Source: Bacteroidales bacterium (GTDB lineage Bacteria; Bacteroidota; Bacteroidia; Bacteroidales; JAAYJT01). From it: a DNA stretch of 64,000 nt. Positions 1 through 9,098 of this stretch are shown piece by piece. The notes beneath the pieces were generated by a model. It was given only the letters and a program-made list of their open reading frames with translations, was not told the DNA's origin and made no database searches. Numbering within the stretch: the stretch's first letter is position 1; every line of letters begins with the position of its first letter. The stretch is taken from the NCBI GenBank assembly GCA_049654165.1, contig JBASHR010000069.1, positions 64,513-128,512 of the forward strand, given 5' to 3'. The position numbers and the translations under genes were made by a program.

Positions 1-1
1 C

Positions 2-520
2 ATCTGCACACAAAACAGGTTGCATTATTTTGGTGAAATTGAAAATAATGAAATGATATTTTCACCCCTGGGAATGGCTGCACAAACCTGTTGGAAACAA
101 ATACCAGATCATTTTCCATTTGTTCAATTGGGTGCATTCGTGGTAATGCCCAATCACGTCCATGGTATTATTATCATCAATAAATTGGTTGATATACCCG
201 TGGGGACGCAAATCGTTGGAACGCAATCCGTAGAGACGCAAAATTTTGCGTCTCTACCAATAACAACAAAACAAAAATCACAACCATCCAACAACCAATT
301 TGGCCCGCAATCAAAAAATTTGGGATCCATAATTCGCGGATTTAAAATTGGTGTTACCAAACAATCAAAAATCATTGCCCCGGATTTTAAATGGCAATCC
401 CGATATCATGATCATATCATTCGCAACGAGGCGGAATATCACCGTATCGAGGAATACATATTGAAAAATCCTATTAATTGGAAAAATGATAAATTTAATA
501 AATCAGTGAAATTTTCATGA
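2..520 (+). CDS. IS200/IS605-like Y1 (RAYT-type, REP-associated) transposase, 5' end cut by the window edge
   Basis: The frame stays open back to nt 2 (ICTQNRLHYFGEI...). It has the HUH-type motif 'MPNHVHGIIII' and a C-terminal 'SRYHDHIIRNEAEYHRIEEYILKNPINW', both typical of RAYT/IS200-like transposases. Confidence 0.75.
   Translation: MCTQNRLHYFGEIENNEMIFSPLGMAAQTCWKQIPDHFPFVQLGAFVVMPNHVHGIIIINKLVDIPVGTQIVGTQSVETQNFASLPITTKQKSQPSNNQFGPQSKNLGSIIRGFKIGVTKQSKIIAPDFKWQSRYHDHIIRNEAEYHRIEEYILKNPINWKNDKFNKSVKFS
200..257. repeat. Three tandem 15-nt units ending in a 28-nt perfect palindrome, inside the transposase CDS
   Basis: The units are gtggggacgcaaatc, gttggaacgcaatcc and gtagagacgcaaaat (200-244), encoding VGTQI/VGTQS/VETQN. 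Nt 230-257, GTAGAGACGCAAAATTTTGCGTCTCTAC, equals its own reverse complement. Confidence 0.9.
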
Positions 521-792
521 GCACAGTAGGTAAATTAGAACGAGAAACCCAAAACCGTATAGTGACATTAATGCAAAAAGAATTGCATTATGAATATCCC
601 GGTAATTGGGAGGATCGCGAAGACAACAGCAATATCGAAGTAGTTTTAAAAACATCACACACCAACTGCCTGGTTCCAGGCTATGGCGACTTGCCCGTTA
701 GATATATTTATGTACATTTGGCAGGCTGTTGGCTCACAGGGCATGTATTGGGCACGCTATCGTCTGAAAACCATACCTCCAACCGTTACTAG
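517..792 (+). pseudogene. N-terminal remnant of a type I restriction enzyme R subunit (HsdR-like)
   Basis: The first ~45 aa ('GKLERETQNRIVTLMQKELHYEYPGNWEDREDNSNIEV') resemble the conserved N-terminus of HsdR proteins. The rest has no recognisable similarity and the ORF stops after 91 aa, whereas HsdR is about 1000 aa. Confidence 0.4.
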
Positions 793-925
793 CAGCAAAA
801 ATGTTTTATTGCTTCCGTCAAATCGCTGAACGACTTTAAGACCAAAGTCACTGATCCACGGGGCCTAAAATGCAGCACATGAATGAACCAGCAAAAATTT
901 TGGTAAAACATATTTCATTTTATTC

Positions 926-2203
926 TTACAATAAATCCAGCCTGTGAGCATCCTGTTTTACAAAAGTAAACAGCAAAAGCGTGAATGCCATAAGCGAAGA
1001 ACCGCCGTAACTAATGAATGGAAGCGGTATCCCAATCACAGGGACCAGGCCAATAGTCATACCTATATTTATAATGAAATGAAATATAATTACTGAGGCT
1101 ACCCCATATCCGTAAATTCTTGCAAAATCAGATCTTTGTCTTTCAGCCATATTTATCAGCCTAATTATCAATATTATATAAAGGGCTATTACTATCATAC
1201 TACCAATGAATCCCCATTCTTCTCCTATGGTGCAAAAAATAAAATCGGTGCTTTGCTCCGGAACAAAACTATATTTGGTCTGTGTGCCCTGTAAGAAGCC
1301 TTTTCCTTTTAAACCTCCCGACCCAATAGCAATTTTTGACTGATTCAGGTTATAGCCGGCACCTTTCAGATCAATCTCCTTGCCAAGGAGCACATTGATG
1401 CGGGATTTCTGATGAGCCTGCAGAATGTTTTCAAACGAGTACTCAACAGTAAATACAAATGCAGCAGCCACAAGAAATATAGAAATAACCTTCAGAATGT
1501 TAGCTCTGCTACGTTTTATAAACAGAATACTTACAGCAGCAATCACGGCTAAAGAAATGACTACAATACCAGGTTCTAACAGTAATGTCAGCACTGAAAG
1601 AACGATTACGGAAAATCCTACAATAAACAAATAACCTGAAAGTCCTTCACGGTAAAGAGTTATTAAAAAAGCTGAAAAAACCAGGGCTGAGCCGGTATCG
1701 TTCTGTAACAATATCAGAATTGCCGGCAATCCGATGATCGCAAATGTAATTGCTTTTCCTTTAAGGGTTTTCATATCAACAAAATCACTGCTTAAAGCCC
1801 TGGCCAAAGCAAGGCAGGTAGCATATTTTGCAAGTTCGGCAGGTTGCAGTGCAAAACCACCAATCTGAAACCACGATTTACTTCCTGCTACTACTGCACC
1901 TTTAAATAATACTGCTATCAGAAGTAAAATTACAACGGCATATATCAGATACGAGAAAGCCGGAAAAAATCTTATGTCAATAAGTAAAATGATCATTGCA
2001 AGAAATAAGGCAATGGCAATCCATATCAATTGTTTACCATAGTTCTGGGAAATATCGAAAATACTGCTGTGATCTTCCTGGTACACAGCAGCATAAATAC
2101 TTATCCAGCCAATAAGCACCAAAGCCAGGTAAATCAGAACGGTTATTTTGTCTATGCCGGCAAAAAGGCTGTTACGTTCTCTCATATCAATACAGAATCG
2201 CAT
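926..2203 (-). CDS. rodA: Rod shape-determining protein RodA (FtsW/RodA/SpoVE, SEDS family)
   Basis: It is a polytopic membrane protein with the SEDS-like stretches 'QPAELAKY' and 'PEQSTDFIF'. It lies immediately downstream of the PBP2 gene and overlaps it. An alternative start is at 2185. Confidence 0.9.
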   Translation of the reverse strand: MRFCIDMRERNSLFAGIDKITVLIYLALVLIGWISIYAAVYQEDHSSIFDISQNYGKQLIWIAIALFLAMIILLIDIRFFPAFSYLIYAVVILLLIAVLFKGAVVAGSKSWFQIGGFALQPAELAKYATCLALARALSSDFVDMKTLKGKAITFAIIGLPAILILLQNDTGSALVFSAFLITLYREGLSGYLFIVGFSVIVLSVLTLLLEPGIVVISLAVIAAVSILFIKRSRANILKVISIFLVAAAFVFTVEYSFENILQAHQKSRINVLLGKEIDLKGAGYNLNQSKIAIGSGGLKGKGFLQGTQTKYSFVPEQSTDFIFCTIGEEWGFIGSMIVIALYIILIIRLINMAERQRSDFARIYGYGVASVIIFHFIINIGMTIGLVPVIGIPLPFISYGGSSLMAFTLLLFTFVKQDAHRLDLL

Positions 2204-3998
2204 TTACCATACGCTCTTCAATATGTTTGCGTACTATTTCACCATTAAAATATTTTTCCATCATCAATGTGGCTATAGGAACTGCCCAGGTTGCCCCAAA
2301 ACCTGAATTTTCAACTACAACTGCTATTGCTATTTTGGGGTTATCCATTGGAGCAAAGGCAATAAATAAAGAGTGGTCCTTGCCATGAGGATTTTCTGCC
2401 GTGCCTGTTTTCCCACACATTGGAATAGTATCAATTCTATACCAGCGGGCAGTTCCATGTGAACCGCTAAAAACCTGATGCATTCCGTCAACAATATCAT
2501 GAAAATATTTTTGATCAACGCTGGTATATTTCTTTTTAAATTCGGGTAATGCAATGCTATCGCTTCGCTGCGTGACGGATCTCAATAAATGCGGAGGATA
2601 GTAAGAACCTCTGTTTGCATAAATTGCAGCCATATTTGCAAGCTGAACAGGAGTAAGCAATATCTCCCCCTGCCCTATTGATAATGAACGTATTGTAAGC
2701 GCACGCCAACGATTCACTCCATAAATCCTGTTATATTCTCCGGATTGGGGTATTTTTCCCGATTGTTCACCAAACAGATCGCCTCCCACTGGTTTTCCAA
2801 GGCCAAAACTATGTATGGTTTCAGTCCATTGCTGAAATGCCTCAGCAGTGTTCTTAAACTTTGAACTACCGATTAAATCACGAAAAGCCCCCCAGAAATA
2901 AGAATTACATGAATGCTCGATAGCTCCACGAAGTGCCAGCGGCGATTCATGGCTATGTGTACAACGTATTGGCTGGGATTGTTTTCCTGAACAGCCATAT
3001 CTGGATTGAGGGGTTAATGTTTCATATTTCAGTGCAACAAGTGCATTAGCCATCTTAAATGTTGATCCGGGCGGATAGGTAGCCATTAATGCTCTGTTAA
3101 ACAAGGGTTTGAGTGAGTCTTTCGACATCAGAAAATAATTTTTTGTACGTTCCCGCCCTACCATAAGGCCAGGGTCATACGTAGGACTGCTTACCAGTGC
3201 AAGTATTTCTCCGGTTACGGGTTCAATGGCAACAATGCTCCCTCTTTTATTTTTCATCAAATATTCGCCATAAGCCTGAAGCTCAGCATCAATCGTTAAA
3301 TAAATATCAGAACCCATTTCGGACAAGGTGTCAAATTTCCCTTCCATGTAACTACCTACTTCTCTGTTATGCACGTCAACCATCATGATCTTAACCCCTT
3401 TTTTCCCTCTCAAAATCTCCTCATAGGTTTTTTCAATCCCACTTATTCCAATATAATCGCCCATTTTATAATAGGGATTGGTTTCTATCACTCTGTTGCT
3501 TACTTCTCCAATATAACCAAGTATATGTGCTGCAATGGGTTCGGAATATTTACGAAGTGTACGGGTTTGAACAAAAAAACCGGGACATTTAAACAGTTTT
3601 TCTTCAAGGAAACCATAAGTTTCGCGTGATATCTGAGCCTCGAAAACTGAAGGTTTGAAAAAAGAATATTTTTTTGCGCGGTTTATATTGCTGATAAAGG
3701 TTTCCCTGTCAATGCCAATTATATTGCAGAATTCAACTGTATCAATATTTTTAACCAGGCGTGGCACAACCATAAGATCGTAGGCAGCCTCATTATATAC
3801 CATCAATTTCCCGTTGCGGTCATATATAAGACCACGCGCCGGATATTGGGTCATATATCTCAACACATTATTATTGGCTGAAAGCTTATAACTCTTGTCA
3901 ATGATCTGAATGTGAAAAAGCTTCAGAATAAAGATGATTCCAACAGCAATCACAAAACCAATAACAATATATTTCCTGTCGGCGTAAGGTTTTCGCAT
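2187..3998 (-). CDS. mrdA: Penicillin-binding protein 2 (elongasome transpeptidase)
   Basis: It has an N-terminal membrane anchor and the transpeptidase motifs 'STFK', 'SCN' (SxN variant) and 'KTGTA'. It is paired with rodA. Confidence 0.9.
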   Translation of the reverse strand: MRKPYADRKYIVIGFVIAVGIIFILKLFHIQIIDKSYKLSANNNVLRYMTQYPARGLIYDRNGKLMVYNEAAYDLMVVPRLVKNIDTVEFCNIIGIDRETFISNINRAKKYSFFKPSVFEAQISRETYGFLEEKLFKCPGFFVQTRTLRKYSEPIAAHILGYIGEVSNRVIETNPYYKMGDYIGISGIEKTYEEILRGKKGVKIMMVDVHNREVGSYMEGKFDTLSEMGSDIYLTIDAELQAYGEYLMKNKRGSIVAIEPVTGEILALVSSPTYDPGLMVGRERTKNYFLMSKDSLKPLFNRALMATYPPGSTFKMANALVALKYETLTPQSRYGCSGKQSQPIRCTHSHESPLALRGAIEHSCNSYFWGAFRDLIGSSKFKNTAEAFQQWTETIHSFGLGKPVGGDLFGEQSGKIPQSGEYNRIYGVNRWRALTIRSLSIGQGEILLTPVQLANMAAIYANRGSYYPPHLLRSVTQRSDSIALPEFKKKYTSVDQKYFHDIVDGMHQVFSGSHGTARWYRIDTIPMCGKTGTAENPHGKDHSLFIAFAPMDNPKIAIAVVVENSGFGATWAVPIATLMMEKYFNGEIVRKHIEERMVNAILY

Positions 3999-4089
3999 TG
4001 AATGACTTAAAAATAAAACACCAGGACTCTTCCTTTCAGCAAAATTACTTTATTTACCTGTAATAGGGCAATTGAATTTGCAAAAGGTC

Positions 4090-4590
4090 CTAATCAATAA
4101 TTATGAGAGGTGTGCGAATTGTATTGCTTTCATGTAATGCCCTGTCTTTCAGGCTAACATCAAAGGCTAATGTATCGTTAAGTAAGAAAGACCTCAACAT
4201 GGGATAATCAAAATTATATTCAATAACTCCCTCTATTGGCTTATTGTCAGGATTTGGAGCAACTATAGGAATACGCCCGTTAAAATTAACAGTGGAATCT
4301 TCGAAAATTATCTTTTCCAACTGCCCTTTTTTCATTTTTAAAACATCAATGAAAAGATTGTAATCGTAAGGCGGGGCTATCATTGTTGAATCAAGCCCGA
4401 CATCGCCATCGCCATCAGTAAATGAAATGCTCAGAATAAGTAACTGAGGAATAGTATCAGGTGGAATAATTACCTTTGTAAAGTCTTTGAAAGCTATCCG
4501 GGGCTCAACAGGGAACTCCTTTTCTTTCATACAGGACGAAAGAACAAGAAAAAGCAAAACCAGAAAGGTTAAAAATAATCGCATAAACAT
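4090..4590 (-). CDS. Hypothetical lipoprotein
   Basis: It has a signal peptide with a lipobox ('LVLSSC'). I recognise no other motif. Confidence 0.5.
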   Translation of the reverse strand: MFMRLFLTFLVLLFLVLSSCMKEKEFPVEPRIAFKDFTKVIIPPDTIPQLLILSISFTDGDGDVGLDSTMIAPPYDYNLFIDVLKMKKGQLEKIIFEDSTVNFNGRIPIVAPNPDNKPIEGVIEYNFDYPMLRSFLLNDTLAFDVSLKDRALHESNTIRTPLIIID

Positions 4591-4637
4591 TTTATTTATC
4601 AGCGTATAAAAATACTAATTTTTTCGTTTCGAAACCT

Positions 4638-5630
4638 ATGAATGAGTTTAAACCCGATATAAACCGGATCTTTAATATTAGCACTGAAACTGAATTTCAG
4701 GAATGTGCTTTACAGATCTTTCATTTTCAATACTCGCAAAATGAGGTTTACAGGCGGTTTTGCGACTTGCTGGGAACAGGAAATAAAGTTGGCGATATTT
4801 CTGCAATACCTTTTCTTCCGGTCGAGTTATTTAAAACCCACAAGGTTCAATGCGGGTCAGAACCGGCAGAAAGAATTTTTATAAGCAGCGGTACCACAGG
4901 GCAAACTACATCAAAACATTATGTGAACCGGCTTTCGCTGTATGATGAAAGCCTGACGAGGACATTTGAATTATTTTATGGCTCTCCGGAAGATTATTGT
5001 TTTCTTGCATTATTGCCATCGTATCTTGAACGCGAAGGCTCGAGTCTGGTGTATATGGTCAGTAAACTGATGAGCTTAAGCAATCATGCTCAGAATGGCT
5101 TTTATTTATACGAACACCATAAACTTGCTCAAACCATAGAGCATCTTATTGAAAAGCAGCAAAAGGTCATCCTCATAGGAGTCAGCTATGCCCTGCTCGA
5201 TTTTTCAGAAACTTATCCCATACATATGCCTCCTGATTTTATTGTCATGGAAACAGGAGGTATGAAGGGCAGAAAAAAGGAAATGATAAGAAAGGAACTG
5301 CATGAGATTCTGAGTTCAAGGTTTCAGATCACCAGTGTTCATTCAGAATATGGCATGACTGAGTTACTTTCGCAGGCATACTCGAAAAACTCCGGAATAT
5401 TTGGCACTCCACCATGGATGAAAATAATGATCCGCGATATTAATGATCTGTTCAGGTATCTGTCAGCCGGTAAAACCGGAGCTATTAATATAATTGACCT
5501 TGCCAATATTAATTCATGCGCTTTTATTTCTACTCAGGATCTGGGCAGAATAAATCATGATGGCAGTTTTGAAGTCTTAGGCCGCTTTGACCAAAGTGAT
5601 ATGCGCGGCTGTAATCTTATGATCACCTGA
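4638..5630 (+). CDS. LuxE/PaaK-like acyl-protein synthetase / acyltransferase family protein
   Basis: It has an adenylate-forming-like 'SSGTTG' motif and an overall LuxE-like layout (330 aa). Confidence 0.6.
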   Translation: MNEFKPDINRIFNISTETEFQECALQIFHFQYSQNEVYRRFCDLLGTGNKVGDISAIPFLPVELFKTHKVQCGSEPAERIFISSGTTGQTTSKHYVNRLSLYDESLTRTFELFYGSPEDYCFLALLPSYLEREGSSLVYMVSKLMSLSNHAQNGFYLYEHHKLAQTIEHLIEKQQKVILIGVSYALLDFSETYPIHMPPDFIVMETGGMKGRKKEMIRKELHEILSSRFQITSVHSEYGMTELLSQAYSKNSGIFGTPPWMKIMIRDINDLFRYLSAGKTGAINIIDLANINSCAFISTQDLGRINHDGSFEVLGRFDQSDMRGCNLMIT

Positions 5631-5682
5631 AAGCAAGAAACACATAAAACAATTTAAAAATCCTGATTTATTTCCATCACTA

Positions 5683-6342
5683 TTATCCTTTTACAGGAAG
5701 CAGTACAGCAGGATTGTCATTTGAAGGGGAATTTACCAGTTTTGATATCTCATAAGCATCCATCTGATCCGGATCATAAGGCTTTAATAATGCAAGAAGT
5801 TCATTCTGCTTATTACTGTTAAGCCATTTTTCTTCCGATTCCTGTGGCAAGATCACCGGCATACGCTCATGAATACTCTGCATAAGCTCGTTTGCGGTAG
5901 TAGTAATGATAGAAAACGAATAAATTGCTGTATTCTCAGGGTTTTTCCAGGCTTCCCATATTCCCGCCATTGCAAAAGGCTGATCGTTTTTCAGTTTTAT
6001 TCTGAATGGGGTTTTTCCGTTCTGACTTTTCCACTCATAAAAACCATCAGCCGGAATAAGGCATCTGCGTTGTTTAAAGGCATGTTTGAACGATGGCTTT
6101 TCCGTTATACTTTCAGCGCGGGCATTTATCATTTTATTTCCGATTTTTTCATCTTTTGCCCAAAATGGTATCAAACCCCACCTGAAATAACGTAATTGCC
6201 GTGGCTCACCGGCAATGATGACGGCAAGATTCTGTGTGGGAGCGCAATTATACCTTGCCACATAAGGCTCAATGCCTCCGGCCAGCCTGAAACGCTCGTT
6301 CAATAGGTATTCATCAGTGGTTAGCGAGAATCGTCCGCACAT
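5683..6342 (-). CDS. SOS response-associated peptidase (SRAP/YedK-like abasic-site processing protein)
   Basis: The N-terminus 'MCGRF' carries the catalytic Cys2. The size (219 aa) and conserved 'YNCAPTQ' and 'GFYEW' motifs fit the family. Confidence 0.9.
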   Translation of the reverse strand: MCGRFSLTTDEYLLNERFRLAGGIEPYVARYNCAPTQNLAVIIAGEPRQLRYFRWGLIPFWAKDEKIGNKMINARAESITEKPSFKHAFKQRRCLIPADGFYEWKSQNGKTPFRIKLKNDQPFAMAGIWEAWKNPENTAIYSFSIITTTANELMQSIHERMPVILPQESEEKWLNSNKQNELLALLKPYDPDQMDAYEISKLVNSPSNDNPAVLLPVKG

Positions 6343-6434
6343 GTCTCTTCAATTTTATAATTTAGTTCTCTTTTCTTTTTTGTAACTTTGAAGCCTGAAA
6401 AGCAATACAAATATATATTCAAATACTCATAACT

Positions 6435-7082
6435 ATGAAAAAATTTGCAATTGTTATCGCAGGAAGTGGTGTTTTTGACGGTGCTGAGATCCACGAAGCC
6501 GTTATGACCATGTTGGCTGTTAAAAAGGCAGGCGCTGAATATCAGATGTTTGCACCCGATGCCATGCAACATCATGTAATTAATCATCTTACCGGTGAAG
6601 AAATGCCCGAAAAGCGCAATGTACTTGTTGAATCAGCACGTATTGCAAGAGGGAACATAAAACCTCTGGCAGAATATGACGCAAAACAATACGATGCTTT
6701 AATATTCCCGGGTGGCTTCGGAGTTGCTAAAAATCTTTGCACTTTTGCCTTTGATGGTCCTGACTGTAAAGTAAACCCCGATGTTGAAAAAGCTGTTTTG
6801 ACAACCCATGCGTTGAAAAAACCAATAGGTGCATTATGTATTGCTCCGGCATTGATATCAAGGCTTTTAGGCGATGTGGAAGTAACTATTGGTGAGGATG
6901 CCGGAACGGCAGAAGCTATTGCCAAGATGGGATCAAAGCATATTAAAACTACGCATGGAGAAGTTGTTTTTGACAAAAAGAACAATGTATTTACCACACC
7001 ATGCTATATGTTGAATGCAAGCATTGCCGATATTGAGCTTGGAGCCAGAAATATTGTTAATGCTATGCTGGAAGTAATGTAA
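6435..7082 (+). CDS. elbB: ElbB-like DJ-1/PfpI family protein (isoprenoid biosynthesis glyoxalase ElbB)
   Basis: The N-terminus 'KKFAIVIAGSGVFDGAEIHEAV' and the stretch 'IGALCIAP' are typical of ElbB. Confidence 0.8.
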   Translation: MKKFAIVIAGSGVFDGAEIHEAVMTMLAVKKAGAEYQMFAPDAMQHHVINHLTGEEMPEKRNVLVESARIARGNIKPLAEYDAKQYDALIFPGGFGVAKNLCTFAFDGPDCKVNPDVEKAVLTTHALKKPIGALCIAPALISRLLGDVEVTIGEDAGTAEAIAKMGSKHIKTTHGEVVFDKKNNVFTTPCYMLNASIADIELGARNIVNAMLEVM

Positions 7083-7128
7083 TGCCCTGTTGGTCAGCAA
7101 GCTGAATTGCTTCAATTCCGGTGCGTTT

Positions 7129-7563
7129 TTACATTTTATTGATCAGCTCAGATACAGCTTTCTGAAGGATCTTACCATGGTCAAAAGCCAGAGAAGGAAG
7201 TTTGTTTATATCAAACCATTCTGCTTCCTTGGCATCTGAACCGGCTTTTGCAAGATATTTGTCCTGCCCAGCTTCACCCCAGAAAACAACCGATATTGTT
7301 CTGTGACGCGGGTCACGATCAGGGTCGCTGAATGCATGAAATTGCGAAAGTGAAATTCCGGTAATCCCGGTTTCTTCTTCCAGCTCTCTTTCGGCTGCTT
7401 TTTCAAGTGTTTCATCCATTTCAACAAAGCCACCGGGCAAAGCCCATTGATTTTCAAACGGAGGTAAAAGCCTCTTAATAAGTAAAACCTCAGTCATTGC
7501 ATTTCTTAACACAATGATATCAACGGTTACAGCCGGACGCGGATATTCATAGGTATATGGCAT
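7129..7563 (-). CDS. NUDIX hydrolase
   Basis: It has a NUDIX box 'GGFVEMDETLEKAAERELEEETG'. Confidence 0.85.
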   Translation of the reverse strand: MPYTYEYPRPAVTVDIIVLRNAMTEVLLIKRLLPPFENQWALPGGFVEMDETLEKAAERELEEETGITGISLSQFHAFSDPDRDPRHRTISVVFWGEAGQDKYLAKAGSDAKEAEWFDINKLPSLAFDHGKILQKAVSELINKM

Positions 7564-7600
7564 AGCGTATTCTAAATTTTAAATGTAAGCGATATTTGAA

Positions 7601-7660
7601 GCCAAAAATACTTATACGAATTGTATTTACAAAATAATCTAAACTGTTTTGCCAACCGGT
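7601..7660 (-). repeat. Dispersed ~50-nt intergenic repeat, copy 1 (inverted orientation)
   Basis: The reverse complement reads accggttggcaaaacagtttagattattttgtaaatacaattcgtataagtat. This matches the copies at 13892, 27983, 53432 and 56468. Confidence 0.7.
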
Positions 7661-7726
7661 AATATTTCGGGCATGGTCATCAAAATTTATTACTGTTAAT
7701 TGCCACTATCCTTATAACGAAAGCTT

Positions 7727-7734
7727 TACTTTTG
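7727..7734 (+). promoter_or_regulatory. Bacteroidota -7 promoter box (TAnnTTTG)
   Basis: TACTTTTG lies 30 nt upstream of the GTG start at 7764. Confidence 0.4.
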
Positions 7735-7763
7735 CCTGTACAAGTTTTGAACATTGTCATAAG

Positions 7764-9029
7764 GTGAATTCAGAAAAAAAATATGATGTGATTATTGTGG
7801 GAGCTGGTGCTTCTGGGCTGATAGCTGCCGGCAGGGCTGCCCATCTGGGCGCACGGGTATTATTGCTTGAAAAAATGAGAAGTGCCGGGCGCAAACTTTT
7901 AATTACAGGAAAAGGACGATGTAATATCACAAATGATGCTCCGCAGTCAGTTTTCTTTAAAAACATTTTTCCTAAAGGAAGATTCCTGAAACATGCTTTT
8001 GATGCTTTTTTCACTGACGATATTCTTCAAATACTTCATGATCACAGCGTTGAGACTATAACTGAAAGAGGTAAGCGAATTTTCCCGGTAAGTAATAATG
8101 CATCCGATGTTTTGAATGCAATATTGCAATGGATGGGTAAAAAGAATATTGAAATCAGATATAATACAAGGGTTACATCATTATTAACCGGAAATGACAG
8201 GATAAATGGAGTAAGAGCCGTAATTGACGGCAAGGATACAGACTTTTTCTCGAAAACTGTCATTATTTGCACAGGAGGGAAATCATATCCTGCCACAGGT
8301 TCAACCGGTGATGGCTATACGCTGGCTATCCAGGCAGGACACAGTATAAATGAAGTCAGGCCTGCCCTGGTTCCTCTGGTCACTTTTGGACATACTGCTG
8401 AAAAACTACAGGGACTGGGATTGAAAAACATAAATGCGATAGTTTGGGTGAATGGCAAAAAGATCGCTGAAGAATTTGGTGAACTAATGTTTGCACATTA
8501 CGGACTAAGCGGACCGGTTATACTTACGCTAAGTCGCATTGTTGTGGAAATGCTCATGAAAAACAACAAAGTGGAAATCGGTATTGATCTGAAACCGGCA
8601 CTTGATGAAAAAAAGCTTGATGCACGTTTATTACGTGATATTAATACACACGGGAAAAAACAAATAGAAAACATTTTCAAGCTCTGGCTGCCTTCAAAAC
8701 TTATCCCGGTTTTTATTGAATTATTAAAAATTGACGGAGAAAAATTGTGTAATCAGCTTAGCTCACAGGAACGTAAGAAAATATTGCTGCTGATGAAAGA
8801 CTTCCGCTTTGAAATCAAGGGACATCCGGGTTTTAAAGAAGCTATCATTACAGCCGGTGGTGTTGAAACCAGCGAGATAAACCCCAGAACAATGGAATCG
8901 AAACTTATGCCCGGTTTGTACTTTGCCGGTGAAGTCATTGATCTTGACGGAACTACAGGCGGTTTCAACCTTCAGTTGGCTTTTTCAACTGCCTGGCTGG
9001 CAGCACAAAGCTGTTGTAATAAAACCTAA
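7764..9029 (+). CDS. HI0933-family NAD(P)/FAD-dependent oxidoreductase (BaiN-like flavoprotein)
   Basis: It has the Rossmann motif 'YDVIIVGAGASGL' followed by 'KGRCNITN', typical of the HI0933 family. The start codon is GTG. Confidence 0.85.
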   Translation: MNSEKKYDVIIVGAGASGLIAAGRAAHLGARVLLLEKMRSAGRKLLITGKGRCNITNDAPQSVFFKNIFPKGRFLKHAFDAFFTDDILQILHDHSVETITERGKRIFPVSNNASDVLNAILQWMGKKNIEIRYNTRVTSLLTGNDRINGVRAVIDGKDTDFFSKTVIICTGGKSYPATGSTGDGYTLAIQAGHSINEVRPALVPLVTFGHTAEKLQGLGLKNINAIVWVNGKKIAEEFGELMFAHYGLSGPVILTLSRIVVEMLMKNNKVEIGIDLKPALDEKKLDARLLRDINTHGKKQIENIFKLWLPSKLIPVFIELLKIDGEKLCNQLSSQERKKILLLMKDFRFEIKGHPGFKEAIITAGGVETSEINPRTMESKLMPGLYFAGEVIDLDGTTGGFNLQLAFSTAWLAAQSCCNKT

Positions 9030-9098
9030 ACTAAAAAATCCTGATTTTATCAAAATAGCACCTCGTAATCCTGCATCCTGAATATCAACAATATAGGA

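Noticed and set aside
4090-4590. MreD as the identity of the gene upstream of mrdA.
   Set aside because: The product has a single lipoprotein signal peptide and a soluble body. MreD is a small polytopic membrane protein.
5656-9082. Short shared strings after plus-strand stop codons. AAAAATCCTGATTT occurs at 5656-5669 and 9034-9047. CTGCATCCTGA occurs near 9072 and 13958.
   Set aside because: These are 11-14-nt matches in A/T-rich intergenic DNA. They are plausibly chance or parts of weak terminators, and I could not extend them into a convincing repeat family by eye.
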